A DNA stretch of 64,000 nucleotides from Botryllus schlosseri. Taxonomy: Eukaryota. The notes beneath the pieces are model-generated. The model saw only the letters and a list, made by a program, of their open reading frames with translations, was not told where the DNA came from and searched no databases. Of the stretch, positions 24,081 to 36,178 are shown in pieces. Every line of letters starts with the position of its first letter. Position 1 is the first letter of the stretch. A program made the position numbers and the translations under genes. The stretch spans positions 37,202,001 through 37,266,000 of the forward strand of contig CM119371.1 in the NCBI GenBank assembly GCA_051294905.1, in the 5' to 3' direction.

Positions 24081-24410
24081 GATTCACTAAAAATTCCTTC
24101 TGCTGACACAAGCGTGGTCGGTGGATTTTAATATAAGTCGATTCCAGTGCAGACAGATGGAAATTAGTGCGGCCTCTACCTAATATAGAAAATCTTTCAT
24201 CGCGATAGTTTTTAGCGCAAGTTGCATTCTCAGTCAAATGCTTGCCGATGACAGAGTTCATAGCCATGGCCTGATTACGTTCTAGTAATCGCAGATCAGT
24301 TACGGCTGCGTCTTCGCGAGAGTCCAATGCGCGTGATCTAATAACGCTCGGAACATGTTGTTTGATGCGTTCCTGCAAGCGCTGAGTTGTTCTTCCCACG
24401 TACCGACAAT
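24081..24410 (-). mobile_element. Penelope-like retroelement GIY-YIG endonuclease fragment
   Basis: C..YVGRTTQRLQERIKQH...IGKHL...FSILGRGRTNFHLSALESTYIKIHRPRLCQQKEF, typical of the C-terminal GIY-YIG of PLEs. Confidence 0.75.
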
Positions 24411-25099
24411 CGCGTGCGCAACACGTGATTCATGGTTGAATTATGCGACAGTCAGCAGATTTGTTGTCACTTCATAGCATGAAACGGCAACATAATTGCT
24501 AATCCCATGGATGACGACCCTAGCGCTCAAATTAAGTAAAGTTGATCTTATTTGAAAGCCACAGTCGCGCCGAATCTGATAATATACAATAAACTTTCAT
24601 CAAGACAATGGAACCACCCCGAAATAACCTTCGAAGTCTGTAAATCAGCCTTGTTCCAAACAATCGTAACGACGCAGCACGATTACAATAACAACAGTCC
24701 TTGCGTGGTCCTCGACTCCCGCATTACCATCCATTTTCAGTACTTCTGTAATCACCTCACATTTCACCTGCCCCTTACACCCTGCCGCAGAGCCATAAGC
24801 GCCAAATGGCTGCTACGCCACTGTGACTACTACGGTATGGAGCAGTGGTTCCCAACGTGGGCGATTTTGCGGTCTTGGGAGCGAAAATAACCAACTGAGT
24901 GTTGGCGCGTTAAACTTAAAACGGCTATATTTGAGTCAAGTCGGAGAAATGGGTCTAAAGCTACAGGTAGTTCAGCTTTATCCTGGGGTTTACGAAGATG
25001 TTGAACGTAATCAGCTTCCTAAATAGGACGTGACTAAGTCCTGGCAAATGTGCCGACCTTTGATTGGTAATCAGGTCATCAAATTATGAGCCGGGCCAC

Positions 25100-25998
25100 G
25101 GACCAGTGAACTCAGACCTCGGTGAACTCGGTTTTATACCAATACCGAGAAAACCATTACCGAGAATGGACATTACCGAGAATACGATTACCGAGAATGG
25201 ACATTACCGAGAATGGTCATTACCGAGAATAGACACCACCGAGAATGGACATTACCGAGAATGGCCAATGTCAAGAATATAGCTTATTGGGACTGATGTT
25301 GTCGAGAAATTTATACCTGAGCATCGATACCGAATGTGGCAACGCCGTGATGCTCTCACACGACCTGTGCATATGCATAACATGCCTGCATTGCATATAT
25401 TGCATTCTCGGTGGTGTCCATTCTCGGTAATGTCCATTCTCTGTGGTGTCTATTCTCGGTAATGTCCATTCTCGGTGGTGTCCATTCTCGGTAATGGCAT
25501 TCTCGGTAATGGTTTTCTCGGTATTGACCGGACACCGGTGAACTCACCCTTACAAACTCGGCGCCTCGATGAACTCGGACCTCGGTGAACCCGGCCCTCG
25601 GTGAATTCCGCCGGCAACCCTATAATATCTCACCTCCACCAACCCTAATATCCCACCTCCGGCAACCCTGATATCCACCTCCGACAACCCTGATATCCCA
25701 CCTCCGGCAACCCTAATATCCCACCTCCACCAACCCTAATATCCCACCTCCGGCAACCCTAATATCCCACCTCCGCCAACCCTAATATCCCAGCTTTAAT
25801 TCAGAATTGTTCGGGGGCGGAATTCACCGAGGTCCATAGTATTCGAGAAACACCATGAATACCACAAAACAAACAAGTAGAGTATGTGAGCGTCGTGTTA
25901 TCTTCCCCGCTTACTCAATCCGTGAATACAAAATTTCGCGAGGGCCGAGTTTTACTTTGTAAGGCTGGGTTCACCGAGGTCTGAGTTCACCGGCAACC
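25100..25998. mobile_element. Sister of 6646-7663 with a shorter minisatellite (~8 units, 25612-25791)
   Basis: Same GGTGAAC-repeat TIRs, same CCCTAATATCCCACCTCC array and same downstream body. Left end is degraded. Confidence 0.8.
25130..25536. mobile_element. MULE-like palindromic MITE with TIRs of (ATTACCGAGAATGGAC)n repeats
   Basis: GG...CC ends, inverted arrays at 25140-25265 and 25400-25525, 9-bp TSD ggtgaactc. Confidence 0.75.
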
Positions 25999-26049
25999 TA
26001 TCAAATGATAAATGGAGTCGCGACCATGAAAGATTGGCAACCGCTGTAT

Positions 26050-26657
26050 GTGGGGTGTTTATAGCTCAAGTGATGCAGTGCGCATCGGCATTAAACTGAT
26101 AAATAATTGTATCAGTGCGACATGAGCATGACTTGACGATGTACTGAACAGTTATACGATCGTTGCATTTTCAAAGTCATCTTTTGGGCAGAGAGAGCAT
26201 CAAGATTATATTGTAATATATGGAAGAACCAATATCATTCAACGACGAAATGCATATAGTAGCCTAAGCCCCCAGAAGTTGCATCGATCACCCTACGGTG
26301 GCCAAAGATCAGCAGTGGTTATTTGGGCCGGAGGGGGCTTCGGCCCTGGTTACAACTTACTGCTGAACCGGACTGGTGACCTTTAGTCGATAGACAAAGC
26401 TTTGCTGGTGTGACGTCACCACATTGGTCGACAATGTTTTTACCTCATTTTGAAATCCGCTAGTGAGAGCTCTATAAAGAGCGTCCGGAATTTGTGACCC
26501 TTACCCCAGCCTTGGTGCATACATCTACATCGCCTAACTAGGCCCGGGTGGGTGACCAATTTCTACAACTAGGCTATTCCAATGTTGTTTTGACACCTTC
26601 CTATCTTTTCATTGTATCTCAGTCTTGAGGTGTTGACAATAAACTGATACTGAACTC
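26050..26657 (+). mobile_element. Probable SINE sharing its 3' end with the local LINE
   Basis: A-box-like TAGCTCAAGTG at the 5' end (no clear B box). 26510-26657 resembles the LINE 3' UTR at 45080-45240 and ends in AATAAA(CTGATA) repeats. Confidence 0.4.
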
Positions 26658-26728
26658 ATTTCCAGCAAGCCACGTGCAAAACTAGCAGTCGGTGTGGTAT
26701 GTTTATTTGAAAACAGAAAAGTAGAGAT

Positions 26729-26833
26729 TTAACGATGGCTGCTTGTGGACGAGGGCTTCTTGGCGAGCAAACTTTCAAACGTTACGATGACGACCGCCAG
26801 CACGAGACCGGCTTTCGAGCCTCTCATCGCAAA
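26729..26833 (-). CDS. NDUFB3: NDUFB3 last coding exon (transmembrane helix)
   Basis: tttcAG acceptor, phase 0. Reads FAMRGSKAGLVLAVVIVTFESLLAKKPSSTSSHR*. AATAAA lies ~25 nt downstream. Confidence 0.8.
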   Translation of the reverse strand, partial: FAMRGSKAGLVLAVVIVTFESLLAKKPSSTSSHR

Positions 26834-27456
26834 CTGAAACAAAATTATATTTTAAGCTGCGTTAGTGAAATAAAGTGACGAGTGAATTCGAGAAAACTTG
26901 TACATAGAATCAAGTTCATGTTCGTACGGCAAGCTTGACTCGTTCCACACAATACAGTTATTCTGTGGCATTTTCAGCAAAACCAGAAATCAGTTTGGAA
27001 TTATACTGAGAGCATAGAAACAATTCACTAATTTTTGCGGTTTTAACAGTTTCTGGCCCTATTTTCCAAGTATCAGTATTGATAGACGAAATCTCAATAA
27101 TGTGGTGACTAAGACCATTTTTCGAAGTTACAATGAAATGTCTGTCTTGACCGTGCTAGTCTCTCATATGACATGGTTCGAGTCAAGCACAAATGACTCT
27201 AGTCGATTCATTTTATATATTTGAAAAAATGAATTGAGTCAATCAAGACTCGAGTCATTACAACCTTGACTTGCACTGGACTAAAAATTTAGATTCTACT
27301 TCTACATGAAGAGCTTTTTTGAGGTACAGAACTTCAATATACAATTCATATTGAAATGAACCCGAATATTTTCGGCTGACACTCGTCAGGGGTAATCGTC
27401 AGCAACTAGTAGAGAATTGGAAACGAACATCGTATCATAAAATATGACGTCACCAG

Positions 27457-30011
27457 CAGAGTTGGATCAATTACATTATTTCAGTTCAATTACAATTACA
27501 ATTACAATTACTTTCATGAATGTTTCAATTACATTACAATTACAATTACTCCATGCTAAAAATATCAAATTACAATTACAATTACAATTACTCCTTGCAT
27601 GCTTCAATTACATTACAATTACAATTACAATTGCTGCTGTTGAACATGTAATTGAATAATCATAAATTCAACCGTGCTCCTTGACAACCGTAGCGTCGTA
27701 TTTAACAACAATTCAAGTCTAGTTCAGATTGTGTAGTAATAAATGCGTTTATGTGCGTACATAGTATGCTATGTAAGATGGCATTGTGACGTAATATAAG
27801 CGTGTTTTGTATGCTCGGTAATTATGGCTCACGTAATTGGAAATGTAAAATGTTATTTACCTAATTTCCTATGGGTCAGGATTAAGGATAGGGTGCAGTA
27901 TGTCGTTGAAAAAGTATTATAATATATGCATGTGTTGGATTTGCGTATATAGCATATAGTTAATGAAATAATATTATTTTTATCGAGGGACGTAGGAATT
28001 AGGATGAGGAGTAAAAACAAAACCGTGCTTTGTCAGATAACACGTTATATAATATCCAGTAGTCTGGTTAGTTAGCCAGACGAAATAACGATGCAGCATC
28101 GTGATCTGAAATCGTATTGTAGATTGCCAACCCACGGATAGATGCGCAAGATGTGAGTCACGGATGAATGCACCGACAAACGTACTGCAGAGCCGGCTAA
28201 AAGCAGCAAACTTTGTAGTCCTAGAGCTGGCGATCCAAGCGTCCAAATTTGATGCATTTGGTCTTTATCGTAAGTTATTGATGTACTAATTCCGAAAATA
28301 CAAAATAAAATCTCGTCAGGGCAATGTAACTGCTCCAAAATAGCCGTTTAAGGCCGACTGTTCTGAAAAGTGAGAGCGCTGCAGCAGCATGACCACAACA
28401 ATTACCAATTACGCCCAGCGATTGTTCAGAACAATGCCGATTCCCAGACTTTCACGACTATTTTGGGATGGTACCATTGCCTGGAAATATACTTTTATTG
28501 CGGAATCAGTGCGACACTAGCTTTCGATTAGGACCATACATTAGGGATGGTGTGAACCTCTGAAAGGTTCGGGTTCGTGTGAACGCGAACCTTTTTGAAA
28601 GGTTCTGTGTGAACACGAACGTGAACCTCGTGACGTCATATTGCTAATTCCAACCCTATCTTTCAATGAAGTGATAGCCTATTATACTAATGTACACGAT
28701 ACCTAGCGAAGACTCGGGCCACATAATGTCACATTGCTGCAGTACATATTGGCGTTTTAAACACCGCTAAATGTATCAACCGCGGTTATCAAAGGATATA
28801 ATAATCTCATAAAATCAATACATTCCGACGCTTTGCCAACAATTTCGACGAGGACTTACCAGGGAATATAAGCTTACGCCTTAACGGTCTGTGACAGACC
28901 GGACAATGCGTTCGGAGTCTGAGTATTGCTACATTGATATTGAGCAGAGTGTAAAACGGGTTTCTATACTCGCTACCGATACCATAAAAAACAAGTTATA
29001 TAGCAGTAGCCAGCACCTTAATCGTACGGATTTGGTTTTAATGATACAGTAAAGATATGAAGTCAAGATCGACCCCGCACGCCCGCTCGATTTTTTACAT
29101 TAGAAAACGATATCAATGTCATTGATTGGTTGAATAAGCATCATTGGCTGACTACGTATATCGCTCGTGATGTTGCGTGATTGCGGTTCAAGCTCATAGC
29201 AGAGAGTCACTAAATATTCACAAACGGAAAGCTGGATATTTCGAGAAATTTTTTGTAACAAAAAAGCAAGTAAAACTTTTAAGGTTGTCAAGGTGCATGC
29301 TCGTTTATTGTTGATTTTTTATGCTGCCAGCGCCATGCATAGAGTGACCCGCAGTTGAAATGCAATAAATTTGAACCAAAGATCTTATAATGAAGTGCAA
29401 ATTACAATTTATCAAAAAGGTTCACAGTGCAGAACCTACCAAGGTTCTGTTGTGAACGCAAACCTCAAAATTTCCGAGGTTCACACACAGAACGCGACCG
29501 TGAACCTCACGTTCACACCATCCCTACCATACATATCAAATTTCGACGCTTGGATCGCCAGCTATGGGACTATGAATTCTGCTGCTTTTAGCCGGCTCAG
29601 CAGTTCGCTTCTCGGCGTATTCAATCGTGAGTCACGTGTTGCGAATCCATCCGTTGGTTAGTAATCTAATAATTGTATACAATAACAACCGAGGCCAGCA
29701 TAGCGGTAAAAATAAAAAACTTCGCCCGCAAGGGCGCAGTCAAGGGCTTCCGCGAATGGATCCACCAAATTCCTTGTCGACATTTAAAGAGAATGCATTA
29801 TAAGTCAATTATTTTATGTTGTGCTTGTCAGGTCTCAATAGCAATTTAATGTAATTGAAATTGTAATTGAGCAAAATTTTTGTCAAATTACAATTACAAT
29901 TACAATTACACAAAATAAAAATGCTACAATTACAATTACATTACAATTACATTGAAAAATGTAATTAATTACATTCAATTACAATTACAAATTACAATTG
30001 ATCCAACTCTG
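27457..30011. mobile_element. hAT-like CAGAGTTGGATC element (inverted copy of 12713-14222) in an NDUFB3 intron
   Basis: Same TIR and body. Perfect 8-bp TSD gtcaccag. Contains the extra 28542-29526 insertion. Confidence 0.9.
28542..29526. mobile_element. hAT-like MITE, TIR TAGGGATGGTGTGAAC
   Basis: Perfect 8-bp TSD ccatacat. The paralogous site near 13156-13163 is empty. Sister copy at 39658-40663. Confidence 0.9.
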
Positions 30012-30803
30012 GTCACCAGCATAAAGTTTCGAATACCAGAGTGTTCAATGTACTATTTTTAGATGGTATACGAACTCTTTTTGTTGACACAGCCTTGACT
30101 GGTGTATTTTGATAAATGTCAACTCCAAGGCAAACAAGTGAGTGAATGGCCCCTCCCCACGACACGGAATCTGTCGCCTCGATAATTTTTCTCACAATCG
30201 GGATTATCCAACAGATGTTTGTCGAATACACCAGCCGAGGCTGTGTCAAGAAAAAGAGTTCGCATACCATCTAAAAATAGTAGCCTGCATAGAACGCTCT
30301 TGAACTCGAAATTTTGATGACATCATATTTTGTGATACGATTGTTGATATACGATGTTCTTTACCAATTCTCCACCAGCTGTTGACGATTACCCCTGACG
30401 AGTGTAAGTCGAAAATATTCGAGCTCATTTCAATATGAATATACTATTTAACTTCTACACGAGTGCCAACAATGGCTACTTTGACCACCTCAGGTTTCAC
30501 ATCTCATTAATGATAACTTCAGTTCAAATATATACCTTTTATGCGATCCACAAAAAAAAAACGAAAAAGTTAAGACAGCTCTACACCAGATTGAAATTAT
30601 TTGGTATTTTTTCCAGCATACTACATTTTTATGTATGCTGCGTACGACCAATCGAGGTTTACAGGCTTCCGCAGTGGAAAATACTATCGCACTTTTGTTG
30701 ATAAATCCTAGCCCTATTGATGAATTGCTGGTTGATACCTTTGACTCTACGTTCTTTACCAAATAAAATCTGGACATGTAATGGGAAACACAAGCCTACT
30801 CAC

Positions 30804-30939
30804 TTTGAAGGGGGAAGTTTTAACATCTCTGCTGAGCCTGTATTTCCAGACTTCATTTCGTAGCCAGGAATCTCGGAGACCAATCTTTGCAAGTCTACGT
30901 TGAACGCTTTCATACGGAGTGTCTTCCACTTTCCATGTG
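30804..30939 (-). CDS. NDUFB3: NADH:ubiquinone oxidoreductase subunit B3, middle exon
   Basis: [33 protein letters not shown] versus NDUFB3 [32 protein letters not shown]. tgcAG and GTgagt boundaries. Join 33778-33729,30939-30804,26833-26729 gives 96 aa. Confidence 0.9.
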
Positions 30940-31001
30940 CTGCAAGCAAACATACATCGTTATACAGTGTCGGCAGACTTGTACAAACTAACGTTCTAGA
31001 T

Positions 31002-31291
31002 CAGTGGTTCTCAACCTGGGGGTGTGAAAGCATCTGAAGCTGGGCGCGCAACTGCGGTAAACTGAAAAAATTTTCCACGATTTAACCCCAATCCACAGTT
31101 AAATTGCTCCGTGTATGGTTCGAATTCGAGAATTCTCTCATCAACAGTCATAACCTTCCACGCCATCAAACTATCTGTTGGAATTGCTAGCATTCTGGTT
31201 GCATTTAGTGATATGACGATGAGGGCGGCGCGAAAATTTTCACTACCGTATCATAAGTGGAGCATGTCGAAAAAAGTTTTGAGAACCACTA
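31002..31291. mobile_element. Charlie-like MITE
   Basis: CAGTGGTTCTCAA...TTGAGAACCACTA with TSD ttctagat/atctagat. Confidence 0.8.
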
Positions 31292-31618
31292 ATCTAGATG
31301 GGTAGTTTGGTCAGCTATATACCGTTATTTCAGTAGGCTTTGTTCTAGTTGCGGATTTTAAAAAGTGAGCAGTTCCAGATCTGGGTTTTGAAGCGAGACA
31401 TTTCTAGTTCTAGTTGTGGATTTGGAGAAGTGAGTCGTTTCAGTTCTAGCTGTGGATTTTGAAAAGCGAGAAGTTCTAGTTACGCCTTTAAAAAATTAGT
31501 TGCCGAGGAACTAAAAGACTTGTGATACCTGTGTTCTGTTGTGAGATGTTCTTGCGGCCATTGCTAGCTCAGAGTCATCACTACAAACGGCCAGGGGGTG
31601 ACATTTGGGGGTAAAAAC

Positions 31619-32052
31619 CAGGGTTTTAACCAACTCACTTTTATGGCTTCGACTCGAGTCATTTTCAATTCACCGCCGAGTCAAGTCCGGGTCAGCTAGT
31701 AGAGGGTCGAGTTCGAGTCATAGTGTTTTGACTCGAGTCAAAGTCATTATGTTATGTTTAGTTTTCAGTTCAATCCGGTTCAACCCACTTTTCCAAACTC
31801 TGCTCGAGTGATATAGAATGGCTACTATTCATGATATAGGCTTAGTAATTTTACTCAATCTTACTGGCCATATTTTACAAGTATCAGGACTGATAGACGA
31901 AATACTAATAATGTGGTACCGTAGCCTAACTTTACTATTTTTCGGAGTCGCAATGAAATGTCTGTCTTAGCCCGCTCCAGTTTGTGCTTTTGAAAAAATG
32001 ACCCGAGTCAAGTCAAGTCACCAAAAAATCGTGACGAGTCATTACAACTCTG
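31619..32052. mobile_element. hAT-type MITE family A
   Basis: CAGGGTTTTAAC...ATTACAACTCTG with TSD gtaaaaac/gttaaaac. Confidence 0.8.
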
Positions 32053-32379
32053 GTTAAAACCCCTCCCATTTCAAACACGAATCCTTGTCGTTTTGAAATG
32101 CCAATTCTATTCTCAATATTTCTTGGCTCATTTGCAGTTCAGAAATTCGTATTTGATTATCACTGCTTCCAATTAGGGAGTTGCTTCGAAAATAAATTTA
32201 GTTAGTTTTGTTTTAGTTCTTGTTGCGAGTTTTGACAAGCGAGCAGTTCTCGTTAGCACATCCAGTACCTTGTAGGAGTCCGAGTGTTGGGAAGACTCAA
32301 ATAACATTCTCCGAGAGACTTGGCTCGAGTGAGGAGTGATTACCGTATCACAGTCTGACCGATATCGGATGATTGAAAA

Positions 32380-32882
32380 CAGGGGTGTAATGACTCGAGT
32401 CACGATTTTCTGATGACTGGACTTGACTCGAGTCATTTTTTCAAAATACGGAAATGACTCGACTCAAGTCAATCTGTGTATTGACTCGACTTGAACTCGA
32501 GTCATCGTGCATGACTCGAGCCAAGTCATGTCACGCGGGACTCAGGCGGCCAAGACCGACATTTCATTGTAATTTCGAAGAATAGTAAAGTGACCACACT
32601 ATTGGGATTTCATCTATCGGTATTGGTACTTGAAAATGCGACCAGAAACTGCTGAAAGTGAGGAAAATTAGTATATTATAAATGTGAACCATTCGATATC
32701 ACCAAACAGTTATAAAACGTGGGTTCAACAAGACTTCAACTGGAAACTGAGCAGTTAACACAATGACTTGGACTCCAGTCATAACTCCATGACTCGGTGG
32801 TGAATTGAAAATGACTCGACTCAAAACTATTTAAGTGAGATTGACTTGCGACAGGGAGCCTAGTGAGTTGATTACAACCCTG
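32380..32882. mobile_element. hAT-type MITE family A (opposite orientation)
   Basis: CAGGGGTGTAATGACTCGAGTC...GATTACAACCCTG with TSD attgaaaa/tttgagaa. Confidence 0.8.
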
Positions 32883-33728
32883 TTTGAGAAGATACCAATA
32901 ACTATCAACTCCCCCTCCACCGATATGTTCAGCCTATATGCAAGCAAAAGATACGACATCTAGTCACATTTACAAAACTTCACATTCTTCGAGTGGCTTT
33001 ACAGCCATCGCAATGCTTGGATAGTTCTGACTCAAGTCAAGTCGAGTCATTTATATTTCACCACCGAGTCAAGTCCTAGTCCAAGTCTTGTTAAACCCAC
33101 TTTTTATAACTCTGTACATGGTGATATCGAATGGTCCGCATTTAATATATACCGGTACTGATTTTCTTCACTCTTAACAGTTTCTGGACGCATTTTCAAG
33201 TACTAGTACCAATAGGCGAAATAACAACAGTCTTGGTTACTTAACTATTCTTCGAAATTACAACAAAGTATTGGCCTTGGCCGTCTGAGACTCGAGTCAT
33301 GCGCAATGACTCGAGTCCAAGTCGAGTCAATACAGATGGACTCGAGTCATCAGAAAATCGTGACTCGAGTCATTAGGACCCTGATTAGAAATGAAATAAA
33401 CTAGAAAGGGTGCATCTGGATACTACTTTTACTCATGAGTTTACAGATTTTTTGGAAAAACTAGGCTTAAAACACTTGCCGTTTTACATATTGTTAATCG
33501 TATAAGAGTACGAATGAAGTGAATAAATTTCAAATAATTACCTTTTATGCGTCCATAAAGAAAATAATGCCAATTCTGTTTGGTATTTTTTGACCCAAAC
33601 CAACTAAAACTTAGAAATCCCTGATCCAAACACTGTTATTATGACATTACATGTAGATTTCTGAAGGTTATCATCAAGAAAATATGAATGCTATTGTAAA
33701 TCACAGGATCAGATGAAATTATCCTTAC

Positions 33729-33778
33729 CTCCAGTGCGGCTTGTACTCTTTAGGAATGTCTTTCCATCCCACACCCAT
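33729..33778 (-). CDS. NDUFB3: NDUFB3 first coding exon
   Basis: ATG, reading MGVGWKDIPKEYKPHW(S), with AG|GTaagg donor. Phase 2 matches the next exon. PHWSTWK aligns with PDYRQWK. Confidence 0.75.
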
Positions 33779-34789
33779 ACTATATATAATATATTGGACT
33801 ACAAGAAATAGACAAAGATAAATTTATAGCAACAGGACAGTTTGCATTGAAACAGGCCACGGTGGATTGCAAGATAATTACGCTGTAATTGTGCACTTAA
33901 ATCATACTAATACCGTAAGTGAAATATTGTCACGAATTTTGTACAGTAACAGCAAATAATACGTCATTTCACATCAGGCTACATCAAGATCAGATATTCT
34001 TGAAGGTGAAGAGAGCGTCCGCATACAGTTGAATGATATAATCATGTTGGAATTAACCAGATTAATTTCAATATGAATATATATTTAATGGTATACTGAA
34101 ATTCAATCAAATATTCGGAACTAATATATAAGTTTTCAAGATCAGGGCAAAATCGAGTAGGCTACTAGGATTCTTGTCGGAGTAGCAACAACAAAGTATG
34201 GATGATCCGGAAAGTACAAATATGTACCTTTGACGGGACCGCAACAAAATAAGACTGGTTGAACATGACTTAAAGATAATATGGCATTTTTTCGACAATG
34301 GATATTCCATTACACTGTGTGAGAATGCTATGGGTCGATCACTTCACAGGAATGTCATTTACATTAACGTGCTTAGCTTTGCACTGCATGTTATAGATGA
34401 TCTGACACGACTAATCGAAGTATCAAGGCTTCCAAACAGGGAAAAATGCATCAGATTCATAATTCGTGTTGATAATATAATTCTCAACGCATAATTCCAG
34501 CAGGCTACCCAAAAATATAGCCTCTCACTGCTCGAATGATTACAGTTATTACTCAGTTCAGATTTGAGTACCTGAATCACTTAGCTCAGAATTAGTCAGC
34601 AGGAAACTTTTGAAAGAATGATTCGATGTAACTTCACAGTCGATTATTCATTGGAACACTTTGGGTGAAACTAGTACATAACAAAATACTGGGGCTAGCT
34701 ACCAGTCACAAAGTGCCTTCTACGTTTTCGGAGTTATGAAGTAAGTTTGACCTGCTCACGTGCTATGATTTTAGACAACTTCTACTAAA

Positions 34790-35316
34790 AGAGGCACTGC
34801 ACTCAAAAAATGATGTGGTCTCAAATTGAAGTGCAAAACAATAACAAAAAATTTGGCCACAGCCATTTTTTTTCAGATCGCCACCGTAATGGAGCTGCAA
34901 TTTATTGAAATTTCCACAAACACATCACGCTCCAGCAGTCACGCAGAGATTGAACTTTATACCGTCGTCAGCCGATGTTACGAAGGAAATATGTCGTACA
35001 CGCCAAGGTGGTTAAGATACCGCGTTCAACGGAAGATGTCAGTCAGGAGATTTATGTCAAAATCGGGCCTAATGTATTCTATTTATTTAGGACATAGGTG
35101 CGATAGGGCGTGTACGACATCTCCTTCATAGCATCGGCTGACAACTATATAAAGTTCTATCTCTGCGTGACTGCTGAAGCGTGAAGTTGCTGTGGAAATT
35201 TCAATAAATTGGCGCTCTATTAGGGTGGCGTTCTGAAGAAAACGGCTGCGCCAAAATTTTTATTTCGTTTTGCCCTTCAATTTGAGACCACATCATTGTT
35301 AGAGTGCGGTGCCCCT
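34790..35316. mobile_element. Palindromic MITE, Kolobok-like
   Basis: ~215-bp imperfect inverted arms. Ends AGAGGCACTGCAC and GTGCGGTGCCCCT, flanked by taaa/tcaa (degenerate TTAA). Confidence 0.6.
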
Positions 35317-36178
35317 TCAATTGTTGCTGATTTGGAAATAGCGACTTATACTTATACTCGAGTGAAAACTTCTGACGTTAAAGTCCACTTCTACTTGAGT
35401 ACAAACAATAGCTAGCGCATAATACTTGAACAGTGAACATTGAACACGCATGCACATACAATCTTCGGAAGTGAATTTTGTACAGAAAGAACAGCAAATG
35501 GGCGCTCGTATTTCAAATTAAGAGACTCTCATAGGCACAAAACGTCAGTACCAGTAGGTATACAATTGAATGTATATTCATATTGAAATAAACCACAGGC
35601 GCGTAGCTAGCCAAGAGAAAAGTAGGGAGAGGTGAAACAAAACGGGGAGAGACGGAATATTTTGAAAACCGACAATGTTCCAAATTCTAATAGATTAATT
35701 GGGTTGAATCTATGCACGAATGTCAATGAAACTCGGATCAGATAATCTTGCTCAAACATAGGCCTATGCCAGAAATGGTATATTAAAATAAAGTTTCAAT
35801 AAATTTAGTATGGATATGTGAATGATGACTTACTCACAAAGCTGGGGTTTTTAAGCGAATCACAAACAAATTTGTGCTATGACGGATTGTGGAACATAAT
35901 CTAGTATGACAAATGGTTAATTATATAGATTTAGGTTGTTAAGAGAGTTTACAACAATGAAGAAACAATATGTGACTGCATATTACTCTCTCTGAGAGAA
36001 CAACAACAGACCATAAAGGGGGGTATAGACTAGCTCAGAAAGGGGGTGGGGGGTTCTCCAATTCTGCCCCCATCTACACCACTGAATGCCAATATGAATA
36101 CATCATTCAATTATCAATTGTATACTGAAATTCAATGAAAAATTCGGAAACCCGAGTACGGTACAGCAATAGAATAAT

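Noticed and set aside
30660..30769. Alternative NDUFB3 last exon
   Set aside because: Would need a 34-nt intron and encodes no transmembrane helix; 26729-26833 fits much better.
35596..36084. hAT-Tip100-like element
   Set aside because: Ends are only loosely inverted and there is no TSD; too weak to call.
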